NCBI RefSeq assembly: GCF_009914755.1
Contig: NC_060925.1
Reading direction: 5' to 3' (one strand)
Source: the human T2T-CHM13v2.0 reference genome, Homo sapiens
Length of the DNA: 64,000 nucleotides
Shown: one piece after another, positions 19,912 through 31,400 of the stretch
Position numbering within the stretch: position 1 is the stretch's first letter
How the letters are laid out: every line of letters begins with the position of its first letter
Program-made: the position numbers and the translations under genes
Notes under the pieces: model-generated
The model's input: only the letters and a program-made list of their open reading frames with translations
Told to the model about the DNA's origin: nothing
The model's database searches: none

Positions 19912-20490
19912 ACTTGAACAAAAAAAAAATGAGAAAGAATGAGTAAGACCTCGTGTATGATAGCGCAGCAGGATGACTATAGTCAATAATAATTAATTGT
20001 ACATTTAAAAATAACTAAAAGAGTATAATTGGGCTGGGTGCAGTGGCTCACATCTGTAATCCCAGCACTTTGGGAGGCTGAGGAGGTCAGATCACTTGAG
20101 CCCAGGGTTTCAAGACCAGCCTGGTCAACATAGCGAGACCCTGTCTTTACAAAAAATACAAAAAATTAGCCAGGTATGGTGGCGGGTGCTTGTAGTCCCA
20201 GCTACAGGCTAAGAGGTGGGACTATCACTTGAGCCCAGGAGGTCGAGGCTACAGTGAGCGGCACTGCACTTCAGCCGCAGCCACAGAGCGAGACCCTGCC
20301 TCAAAAAAAAAAAAAAAAAAAAAGGAGTGTAACTGGATTCTTTGTAACACAAAGGATCAATGCTTGAGGGGATCGCTACCCCATTTTACCTGATTTGATT
20401 ATGACACATTACATGCCAGTTTCAAACTATCTCTTGTACCCCATATATAGATTAAATTACTATGTATCCACAAATATTAAGATTAAAAAA
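19912..20490 (+). mobile_element. L1MA 3' end with nested AluJ (20032-20322), itself inserted in a MER5-like element
   Basis: L1MA 3' motif gactatagtcaataataa...tatgtatccacaa; TSD AAAGATAAAGGT at 19900 and 20490. Confidence 0.85.
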
Positions 20491-20569
20491 AAGATAAAGG
20501 TGACTGATCATACCTCAGATCTTCTGAATCAGAATTTTAGGGTGAATGTGCTCGATCCATCCCAGCAGA

Positions 20570-21500
20570 AGCCTGAGGCAGGGGAGGCATGATGTAGTAA
20601 AGGTACTAGAAGAAGTCCTGTGTGGCTGGAGCAGAGACCGGTTGTCTTTAAACTCTTGATTGTGATCCTTGTGAATGAAAGTCATATGAGCCGATACCAC
20701 CAATATATGTATATTCATTTTTAAATAAATTAGCCACCTGTACTACAATAAGCACAAATATTTTTTAAAAGATGAAATAAAAATAGTCCTTCCTGACTAT
20801 TTTCATATTCTAAAAACAGAACATGAAATTCTAATAATCACCTTTTGCTTTCTGTACCTATTTGGATAGTTTTATGTACTTTCTGGGATGGACAAACCAC
20901 ACTTTTGCAAAATATAGGCAAAGAGAGTGAAGGGAAGGTAGATAGAGACTAGATTCTGTAGGACCAGCAGAGCCAAGTATTTCTCTATCCTAAGTGCAAT
21001 AGGAAGCAATTGGAAAATGTTAGGAAGGAAAATGATGTCAGATTTGCATCCTGGAAAAAATTACTTTGGCTGCCCAATAGCAAAAAGATTTAGTACAGCA
21101 ACTATGAACATGGGGAGTCCACTTTGGAATTTATGGCACTAGTTCTGATGAAAGGTGATTATGCCTTGAATTGGGCATTGCCAGTGAAGTTTAAAAGAAA
21201 AACAAGATAGATATTTTTGAGGCGTACAGTATAGAATCTAGTGATGGATTGCCTGAGCATTGGTTGGGGGAGCAGACAATGGTGACTTGTGGGTTTCTGG
21301 CTTGAGCTTCTGGATGGAAGATGAACAGTGGGAGAAGAACAAATTGGGGGTAGAAGGTGGGGTATTAGTCCAGGTTTAAATATCTTGAATGTTAACCATC
21401 CAAATGATGATAGGAAGTTCACAATTGGATATGCAGGCTAAGCTTAGTAGAAGTTCTGGGCAGAAAACTATAAATTTAGGAGTTGTCAACACATAGTACA
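20570..21500 (-). mobile_element. Degenerate L2 fragments
   Basis: Purine-rich L2-like motifs (gtggctggagcag, atgatgtcagatttg, tttaggagttgtcaacacatag). Confidence 0.55.
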
Positions 21501-23059
21501 GAAATTCCTCTACCTCCAGATATTATTTATTGATAGGAAATATCTAAAGCAGAAGTGCCAAGGAGTTCCACAAAAATATTATACAAGATTAGACTTACAG
21601 GACTGAAGATGAGGAATTAAAAATGAACAGGTAAGCAGATTCTATAAAATGCAAGTCTCCCAAAATTGCTACAGCATTGGGACCACAGCTTATACTAGAA
21701 TGTGGCAAATAAAGTACAAATCAGTATTTCAGAAGCTCTCAAAGATACTTTGATGAGCATGCTACATTCTGGAGTAAGCCACAAACATTGGAAAGTGGCT
21801 CATGTCATATAAGTATTCATGAATAAAGGTCCAGGTACATGTCACAAGTGTGCACACCACTAGGATTGAGTAATTGGGAAAGCTAGACATGTCAGATGAG
21901 ATTAAAACAAGTACAGCACCATAGATTGTATGTTAGTATGAATTCAGGAGGAGAATGCCTGGGAATTTGATGTCTGTAAGAAGCCTTGGAAATTATGTTA
22001 GAGTTGCAAGAGAGAAGTATGTCCTTTGTCCCCACCCCCTTAAACCATTATGTTCCTTAAGTATTAGAATACAACTAATAATCATTTACAGGCTCTAACA
22101 TTCTCTGAAGGTTTCCTCCTGCACCCAAGACACATGGGGCAAAATATCATTGTTTAATATGTTCCCTCTCCTCCTAGTGCTAAAAGCTTAAAAGGAGTCA
22201 AAGTGACTTCTTTTGCTGACCACTATGAAGAGGATTAAGTGAAGCCTATAGGGCGTGTTCCTCCTCTTGATGGATGCCTTCTCCTGATTCCTTTTCATCT
22301 GTTTCTTCTCGAGTGCATTATACTACTGCAAACTGTTAGAATTTTGGTTGCCACTGATCCACTTTATGTCCAGATCTTGATAAGTCCTTGCAAAAATAAC
22401 TGTGACTCTGACTTGGAAACTCTCAGTAACCCCCAAATTTCCAAGGAAAGTGATACTATATTACATTTCTATTTTTTCTCTGTCCATTGATTAATATATT
22501 AAATGAGATAATTTATATTCATCCTAAGAAACTGTCTGAAGTGAGCAAGAGTAGCACATAATGGCTAGCACCTTTGGCCTATTAATTTTCTAGGCACCTG
22601 AACTGAGCACCAGGAATCTTCACTTCTGAAAATGTTAACTTGGGTCATATCAGCCTTTAAAAAAGAAAAACACAGTGATGTACTTTACCAGTATTTGCAT
22701 CCATAAATTAATATTTTTGTATCTTTCATTTCTGAATTACAGAAGCAGATTCATCAAACCCTGAATGATAGCTCTTACAAGTGACTGGCCCAATGTTAAA
22801 ACTGAGCACAGGAGAAATGCTCTGTGTTTTAACTGGGCAAGGAAGCTTGCATAAACCAGTCATCATGAAAATCCTCCTCACTGAGGTGCTTCTCCCTCTC
22901 CAACCCTCTGTCCCACAAATTTCTTCTTGATCATCTTTGTACCTTTTATAAATATCTGTTATTGCGCTTATGAAACTAGATGATAACTAGACACATATTT
23001 GGCACTACGTCTAGACTGTCAGCTTCTTGAGCAGCTTTACTTTAATCATCTGGTCCCAG

Positions 23060-23210
23060 GCAGTAGAGCAAAGTGGTTAAAGAGGGCAGGCTCTGGAGGC
23101 CAACTGGATTTCATTTCTGTATGATCTTGGGCAAGTTACCTATCCTCAACTTATTTGTAAAATCCAAATAATACTTCCCTCATGGAGTTGCTGGCAGGAT
23201 TAAATATAGA
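23060..23210 (+). mobile_element. MIR fragment
   Basis: gtggttaa...ggctctggag...tgatcttgggcaagttac. Confidence 0.75.
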
Positions 23211-23479
23211 TTTTTCTAAATTAATAGGCTTAAAACTGTTAGGAAATTTTTTGACTTGAAGGAATTACATACTTAGTGGCAATTACTGCTAACCAATAAC
23301 AAAGCAGAGGGAAGTGGACATCTGAATACATCAATGCAGTGCTAAAAACCTTGCACACTGGTCCAGGCCTCTCTTCTTGTCTTTATTGATAGTTTAGCTC
23401 AGAGGCTTTTAGTATGAATCCCACATCTTCTCAAGCATGTACCCCTCAAACCTACCAGCCCCCAACATCCACACCTGGT

Positions 23480-23657
23480 TTAGAAAGGTTTGTAGGCATC
23501 CTGTTTGTCACAGTGACAGGCAGCCGCTACTGACATTTAATAGGTGAAATCATAAATGGGCCCAGGGATGCCATGGGCTCAGAAATGGAGAGCGGAGTCT
23601 ACACCAAAAATTATTCCACCCAAAATGCCAATAATATCTTACCTTGAGAAACACTGG
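23480..23657 (+). mobile_element. MER20-like hAT-Charlie fragment
   Basis: ttgtcac...gctactgacattt...ccagggatgc...ccaaaatgccaata...ttgagaaacactg. Confidence 0.6.
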
Positions 23658-23932
23658 TAGTGCCCAGGGTCTTTTCTCTACTAAAATGCAAAACCAACTT
23701 TTCACAAAATTAATATACTATTTCATAAAGTCAGAATATGCCAAAGATCATGCCATATATATTACAGAGCATAGATCAACTTGAAAAATCTTTACGTGTG
23801 TATTCTGTTATTTCTCTTTTCTGTGTGTAAGTTCTTTTCAAGTTACTACAGTGAGTTTCAAATTTGTTATTTAAGAGTTCTATTATTCTGTTCATTATGA
23901 TCCGAAGTTTAAGATCTGCGGTGTTGAAAAGC

Positions 23933-24000
23933 ACTCCTAAATATACAAAGCCCTTGAACTCCTAAATAAACAAAGCCCTTGAACTCCTAAATGTACAAAG
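23933..24000. repeat. 25-bp minisatellite, 2.7 copies (ACTCCTAAATRWACAAAGCCCTTGA)
   Basis: Units start at 23933, 23958 and 23983. Confidence 0.92.
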
Positions 24001-24010
24001 ATCTTGTTTG

Positions 24011-24130
24011 GGCCAGGCATGGTGGCTCACACCTGTAATCCCAGCACTTTGGGAGGCTGAGGTGGGAAGATTGCTTGAGCCTTGGATTTTGAGACCAGCC
24101 TGGGCAACATAGTGAGACCCTGGCTCTACC

Positions 24131-24161
<31 letters not shown>

Positions 24162-24845
24162 GCATGGTGGTGTGCCCCTATAGTCCCAGCTACTCAGGAA
24201 GCTAAGGTGGGAGGATCACCTGAGTCCAGGAATTTGGGGCTGCAGTGTGCTGTGATTGCGCCACTGCACTCCAGCCTGAGCAACAGAACAAGACCCTGTC
24301 TCTTAAAAAAAAAAATGATGATTGAGTTTGATAATCAGGAAACTTAACCAAATCTTATATGTAAGCAAATAAATATGTTTTTATTTGTTTGTTTTATTTT
24401 GAGACAGGGTCTCACTCTGTCACCTAGGCTGGAGTGCAGTGGCATGATTTTACCTCATTGCAACCCAGCCTCCCAGGCTCAGGTGATCCTCCCACCTCAG
24501 CCTCCCAAGTAGCTGGGTCTACAGGCATGTGCCACGATGCTCAGCTAATTTTTGTATGTTTTGTAAACACAGGTTTTCACCATTTTGTCCAGGCTGGTCT
24601 TGAACTCCTGAACTCAAGTGATCCACCCACCTTGACTTCCCACAGGGCTGGGATTATAGGCATGAGCCACCACACCTGGCCAAAATAAGTTTTATTAGAA
24701 ATAACTCACTTTGGGAGGCTGAGGAGGGCAGATCACTTGAGGTTAGGAGTTCAAGAGCAGCCTGGCCAACATGGGGAAACTCCATCTCAAATAAAATACA
24801 AAAATTAGCTAGGCATGGGTGGCATGCAAAAAAAAAAAAAAAAAA
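24011..24845. mobile_element. AluJ + (24011-24315), AluJ - (24378-24681), truncated Alu + (24706-24845)
   Basis: Alu motifs. Confidence 0.92.
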
Positions 24846-25548
24846 GAACTAATGCATGTGAAATTCAAATATTAGTAAGTATTCAAAATAAGATATGAAA
24901 GTAAGAATACAAAATAGGGTGATATCACTGGTTGATATGATTAGTGAGATGAACATTATTAAGGCAAATTCTTCCGATAATTATTGTTATACAACATGAT
25001 TAATATATATTCAGTCTGAAAGAGTCATATATACAAATATGAAATAAACACCTCAAATGAGAAGAAGAGAGAAAACATGGAGAATGAAGAAAGTTGGGTG
25101 TATTCTTTTCAGTCTTCCCCTCCCATATCTCCGTCTGAGGCCAGCATGGCTAATATTGAGAAAGAGTAAGGCAAATGAGTAATTATTGTGCTCTGTCTTT
25201 TACTGTTATTGAAGGTCACTGTTTAACACTCCCTCGCCATTCCCCTAACCACTCCCCTTTGCCTTAAATTCATTAAGCTGTATTCTTTGTATTTCCTGAT
25301 AACAGCTGACAAGGACCCACTCTCATCTGTAATGACAGGTGAGGGTATTGATGATAAGTAGAGTTAATAAAGCTTCTCCAGTGATTTAGAATTATAACGC
25401 TCTGAGTATTATCATCAGGGGAATAGATGAAAAAGCCCATTTCATTTTGTGCAGTGTCCTTCAAACTGCTGGTTATGAAATCATTTTAGAGGGTCTGTGA
25501 AATCACTGTGGAATACGATGAAACGTAATAGAAAGTATCAGCAGACAC

Positions 25549-25820
25549 TGTGGGAGATCGGTCAGAGCGGTGGGGAAAAACTATAGGGAAAGGACGCAAA
25601 CCTTCTGAAAGGTCAGAAGGTTCTGCAGAGCCCCAGGGGAGAATAGCTGAAGGCAGCTGTTCTGTAACCCTGAGGCATTGGGCAAGGAGTAGGTACAAGG
25701 CAGTGTAGGGGAATTTATCTTAAACAAACTTGTTTACTTATGTTGACCAGGAACTGACCTTTGATCATCCGTGGGGACGGTCCCCCTGAAAGGGGAACAA
25801 TAAATGTTAATTACCTAAGA
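25549..25820 (+). mobile_element. Truncated ERVK LTR (LTR22 / HML-5-like), 5' portion only
   Basis: Starts TGTGGGAGATCGGTCAG; gcaaaccttct...gctgaaggcagc...gacctttgatcatcc resemble LTR22 as I recall it; no 3' end seen. Confidence 0.7.
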
Positions 25821-26037
25821 GGTTTTTAAATTTCTTTCTCCAGAAAGAAAAATTTCAAGCGTCTGAATCCCATTCAGTATTCTCTAAAATAAAATCAAGT
25901 TTGTCCTGAAAGATGGTTTAAAAACTGAAAATCTATTTTCTTTGATTACCTCATAAATAACAAGAGTTTCATATCAGCTCTCCTGTCTCTTCCTCCTCCA
26001 CCCTTTTCCCCTCTTTCACATTGTGCCAATCACACAG

Positions 26038-26076
26038 GTGGATGCTCAGTATCACCCCACAGCACAAGATAAATAA
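26038..26076 (+). other. RABGAP1L: Candidate alternative stop-containing exon, VDAQYHPTAQDK-stop
   Basis: ~45-nt polypyrimidine tract and AG-free zone 25978-26035, then cacag|GTG; phase-0 reading ends at TAA 26074-26076. Confidence 0.45.
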
Positions 26077-27592
26077 GCTTGGAAGGTTTCCTAGCAACAT
26101 ATTGTTCTGGGAACCTGCTCTGTTTCCCTGAACAAGATGAAGCCAAATATCCTAGAATCTCAGCCAGATGGGAAAGGATTAGCTTATTGAGAGTGTTATT
26201 GCCTTTTTTAAAAAAATGTTTCACTTTGAAATGAACCTCTTAATATAAGTAGCAAAAGTGACTTTTAAAAGGACATGTAAAAATATCCCTTTAAAAGGAC
26301 ATTTTTTTCTCTTACATGTAAAAAAAAATTGATAATAGTTTGAAGTTTAAAAATATGGTTTCAGAATTCTCTAGGCACAAGCTTCCAGTATGTAATTCAG
26401 TCACTGGTGAGTGGATCCATTTTAGAACCATGTAGAAAATACTTCCACATGGAACTAATTCTCAGCCTGGTGTCCAGTGGTATGGTATTCCTGCTGTAAA
26501 AATACTGAAATACTTCCGATCTGGTGGGAAAATGGCTCCTGGAGTAGGCTCTCTCCTCACAATACCTTTAGCTGCTCCCCTTGGCCCTTGTTTCTGCTCC
26601 TAGGGAAACATTGGAGACACCTTGTTACTGCTTAAAACCCTGAAGCTTCCCCTTTTTCTATAGCTCCAGGGCTATTTTAGTGCTAGTGATTTGCAACTTC
26701 ATCTTCAGAGTCTATTTTTGGTTTTCTCAGTGTATGATTAATGTATATAGAGAAAATAAAAGAAATTGAGACTGCTATCAAAGCCAAGAAAAATAATGTT
26801 GTCGTTTTGTTAACACATGATTGTGTATATTTCCCTTGTTTATCTAATGATCTGTGAGGCTACACAGTTGGCAGGTGGTGCTTTCCTTTCTATTGCACTC
26901 TAGTTGGTCACAGTATACTTGTTAGAGGTCTCTGGAGATGGAGTAATAAAGGATTCGTGTTTCTCATAACAATATTCAGCAGTGGCTTTGCAATTCAGTT
27001 ACACCCTGGAAAATGTCCTCACTCCTTGTTTGGCTGGGGAGACATTCCCCCATCAGCCAGATGAATATTCTCATAATGTGGTTGTTGACTGGTTTCTATC
27101 ATCTATCAGGTTTGGACTGAGTTTGTGAAACTTCCCAATTGTGGTGAGAAGCAGATAATTCTAGTACTTCATAGTGTTCCTGGATAAGAAGAACAAAGTA
27201 ATTAGAATAAGATGGGGAATGACACCTGGAGTCTTTGTTTTTTATGTAACAAATTATCTGGCCAGATGCCAGAGAATTAGTACTGTCCTCATTTTAATGA
27301 AAATAAGGAAATTGTGAGATAATTTTATATTCATGCTAGATGCTTTCCATTCTCTTTTGCTCTCTCACTCATATGTATATGTTTTCTAAATACCATATTT
27401 TAAACTCAACAAGGAACAATCTGTTGAGGGCCTAGTATGAGCCAAATACTGCTAGGTATTATGGCAGATACTGAGGGCAACACATCATCCTTGCCTTCTC
27501 AGAGTACGCAAGAAGTTTGCAACATAGCACGTTTGTAATCTTAAACCAAACAAAAACATTAAGGAAAGGTGTTGCTGTGTAAAGGAATCATA

Positions 27593-28162
<570 letters not shown>

Positions 28163-28424
28163 TAAATATCTGTTTACTGAGGGCTTTTATACTACGCTGT
28201 GCTTATTTGTTTATTTTTAAAATTCTAAGAGTCCATAGGAATCTAGTCTTTTTTCAGAAAATAGTAAACTACTGTCTTTTGTGGATGACATAATTTTAGC
28301 AAGAAATAAATGGGTTGTTTAGATGACTTTCTATTATCTCATACAGCATAATGATTCTATATTTGAGTTTTCATTGTCAAACACTAAAACCTCCTTTGTT
28401 TTCAGTGTACTAACTCCATTTTAG

Positions 28425-28760
<336 letters not shown>

Positions 28761-28911
28761 TAGCTCAATTTTTTACTTATATAAAATAATAATTTTCATT
28801 TTCAACATAATAGAAGGATATGAGTGAATTATATTTAAGAAAGTTAAAATTAATAGCACTATTAAATACATTAACAAGAGAAGGTTGTGACATCAGCAAT
28901 ATTATTTATAA

Positions 28912-29109
28912 CAGAGGTGGACAAACTGTAGCCTGTTTCTGTAAATTAAGTTTTCTTGGAACACAGCCAGGCTCATTTGTTTAGGTATCACCCATGGCAG
29001 GTTTTGTATAATAATGACAGAGTTGAATCTTTGCAACTTAGACTATATGGCCCACAAGGCCTAAAATATATACTGTCTGGACCTTTACAGGAAAAGTTTG
29101 CCAACCTCT
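28912..29109. mobile_element. MER58A DNA transposon
   Basis: ttggaacacagcca...tatggcccacaaggcctaaaata...aagtttgccaacc. Confidence 0.85.
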
Positions 29110-29250
29110 ACTCTGGAATCTCTATTTTTCTCCTAACTTTGAGTTGAGCATGTTCCCTTAGAATGCCAGAAATTTAACTAGCAAACACACCTGAATTTTT
29201 TTTCATAAATGGTGTCCTTGTCTAACATGGTTTTCCTCAAATCCCTGCAG

Positions 29251-29343
29251 GTACCAACCAAGAAGCTGAAGAAATATGAGAAAGAATATCAGACAATGCG
29301 AGAGAGTCAGCTGCAACAGGAAGACCCAATGGATAGATACAAG
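29251..29343 (+). CDS. RABGAP1L: RABGAP1L internal coding exon, 93 nt, VPTKKLKKYEKEYQTMRESQLQQEDPMDRYK (phase 0/0)
   Basis: Acceptor ttcctcaaatccctgcag|GTA; donor AAG|gtatga; translation recognised as the RABGAP1L region following the TBC domain. Confidence 0.95.
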
Positions 29344-29377
29344 GTATGAGAAATATGTTGCACCTATCAAAGTACCT

Positions 29378-29509
29378 TCTTTTTTGTTTTAAATGAGACT
29401 GAGTCTTGCCGTGTTGCCCAGGCTGGTCTTGAACACCTGGCCTCAAGCAATCCTCCCACTCCAGTCTCCCAAGTAGCTGGGATTACAGGCACGAGCCACC
29501 ATTCCCAGC
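29378..29509 (-). mobile_element. FLAM Alu monomer in the short intron after the 29251 exon
   Basis: TSD aaagtacctt on both flanks. Confidence 0.9.
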
Positions 29510-29684
29510 AAAGTACCTTTTTTTTTTTTTTTTTTTTTTTCTTAAAGCAGCAGTTGTGGCAAGTTCAATTCCCTCTGTTCTTCCTTGATTGATTTAGATG
29601 CTCTCTGATCATGCTAACTGTCCAGGTATGTTTTCATTTCAGGAGACTCCCAAATAGCCAACCATAATATTTCTTTTCTTTCAG

Positions 29685-29699
29685 TTTGTATATTTGTAG
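29685..29699 (+). CDS. RABGAP1L: Proximal terminal exon coding part, FVYL-stop (short-tail isoform ending ...DRYKFVYL)
   Basis: Acceptor atttcttttctttcag|TTT GTA TAT TTG TAG; matches the C-terminus I recall for the ~815-aa RABGAP1L isoform. Confidence 0.88.
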   Translation, partial: FVYL

Positions 29700-31400
29700 G
29701 TAACTCCAGCTGTTGCATTTATACTGGGAATCTTCATAAGAAGCTGAGAGAAAGAGAGGGGAAAAAGAAAGTGGCTTTCTACTTTCAAAAATGAAACAAA
29801 AAGGAAAAATGGCAAAGTACTGTTTTAGCTGTGCATGTCATATCCACAAAGACTTTTAGCAGGTGAACTGTTCCAAGACTGACACAAGGATGTTTCAAAC
29901 TTGCCTCTGTCTGTAGAAAATGTTAAAAATACCAACTCACTTGGAAGGAAAAATAAAAATCACAAAGGTATATTGAGCACAGTAGTGGTGTTTGTTGCAA
30001 CATTTATTTCCACAAATGAATTTATGAACAACAGTGATATTTGACTTAAAGTATGAAGTTTCAGAATCAAAATAATTTCATTTTAATACGTTCGTTAATT
30101 GTGAATCTCTTCAATGGTAATTAGCAACACTGTTCCCAGGATGCAAAGTTGGGAAACACTTATTTCCAACTTATTTTTTTCCAAGTAAAATATTATCTCT
30201 CTTCAACATGCTTTAACTTTTCAGACTCACACAGATACGTAACAGCTCCTTCTCCCTCCATATCAATACACTAAGATAAAAGAATACTGTATTTTCAGCA
30301 CTGAGCAGCAGTGCCAAAATCTCCTGCCAAGAAATGGACTGTGTGGCATTATTAATTAAATCACCCACATTGGGATGACTTCCACTTTTGTAACTAGAGT
30401 TATCTTTATGTGGTCAGAGCTGGACATAGGCAGCATAGTCACACAGAACATCTTATCTCTGTTGCTGAATTGAATAGCATGGGATGTGTGCAGAGGAACA
30501 TGGTGGGAGTATGTAGGTTTTGTAGTCAGACAGACCTGAACTCAAATCTTGCTCATTTTTTAGAGCACAGGATTTGGACTCCAAATTGAGGGTTTTAATC
30601 CCCATGCCACCATTCAGCATCTTCGACTAGTTATTGAACCTCTTCCTCATCTATAAAAGATATAGTGTTTCTGATTCCTTGATGGATTGTTACAAGGATG
30701 AGGGATGCTGTATGTTAAGGACTCAGCTCATAGTTGTGTTCAATAAATGGCTGTTATTTTATGAAGCCTACTACTACAGATTATGCAATTATTACTAGAA
30801 TAATGCCACCTTATGTGGGTCTTCCCCTCTAGTCCCTTATTGATTGTTCTTATTTCTCTCAAGTATTGCCAACCAATAATCTCCCCTTGCTTATAGAAGT
30901 GGTTCAAGATCTGATTATAAAATCCCACATACTTCTATAGCAGATAACTATTAACAGATAATGTTTGAAGCTAATTTTCACCACCAACATCCCCTCAATA
31001 AAACCAGCTTTTAATGTAAATCACATAGCATGCTGCTTTAGAAAGGCTTGAAGGTAGTAATTATAAACTATTATTAAGCATCCAAAATGAAGGTCTCCTT
31101 TTGCTAATATCATTCAGATTTTCTTATTACTACAATTATTATGAATAAATTCTGTGAAGAGTGCTTTAAAATAAGAGAGAAATGGAAGACCAAACTTGTA
31201 CATTTAAAATCAGGCTGGAATTGAACTTGTTATTGTGTCTTAAATCCTTTTTTGTGCCAAAGCAGGTATGTATACATTAATAGTAAGATGTACATTATTT
31301 TTAAAGTACTTATAACATGTAAGATTATCAATATGTATAGTTTTTATTGAGAGATCAAAGTAGGATTAAACTTCTTGTTTTGAAAGCAGGCATTACTTTT
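29700..31400 (+). other. RABGAP1L: 3' UTR of the proximal terminal exon, end uncertain; candidate poly(A) signals AATAAA at 29952, 30742, 30997 and 31144
   Basis: Follows the TAG at 29697-29699; Alu-free, AU-rich, several AATAAA hexamers; the cleavage site used cannot be determined from sequence. Confidence 0.6.
30490..30755 (+). mobile_element. MIR pieces within the putative proximal 3' UTR
   Basis: agtcagacagacctg...cttcctcatctataaaa...tcaataaatg. Confidence 0.65.
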
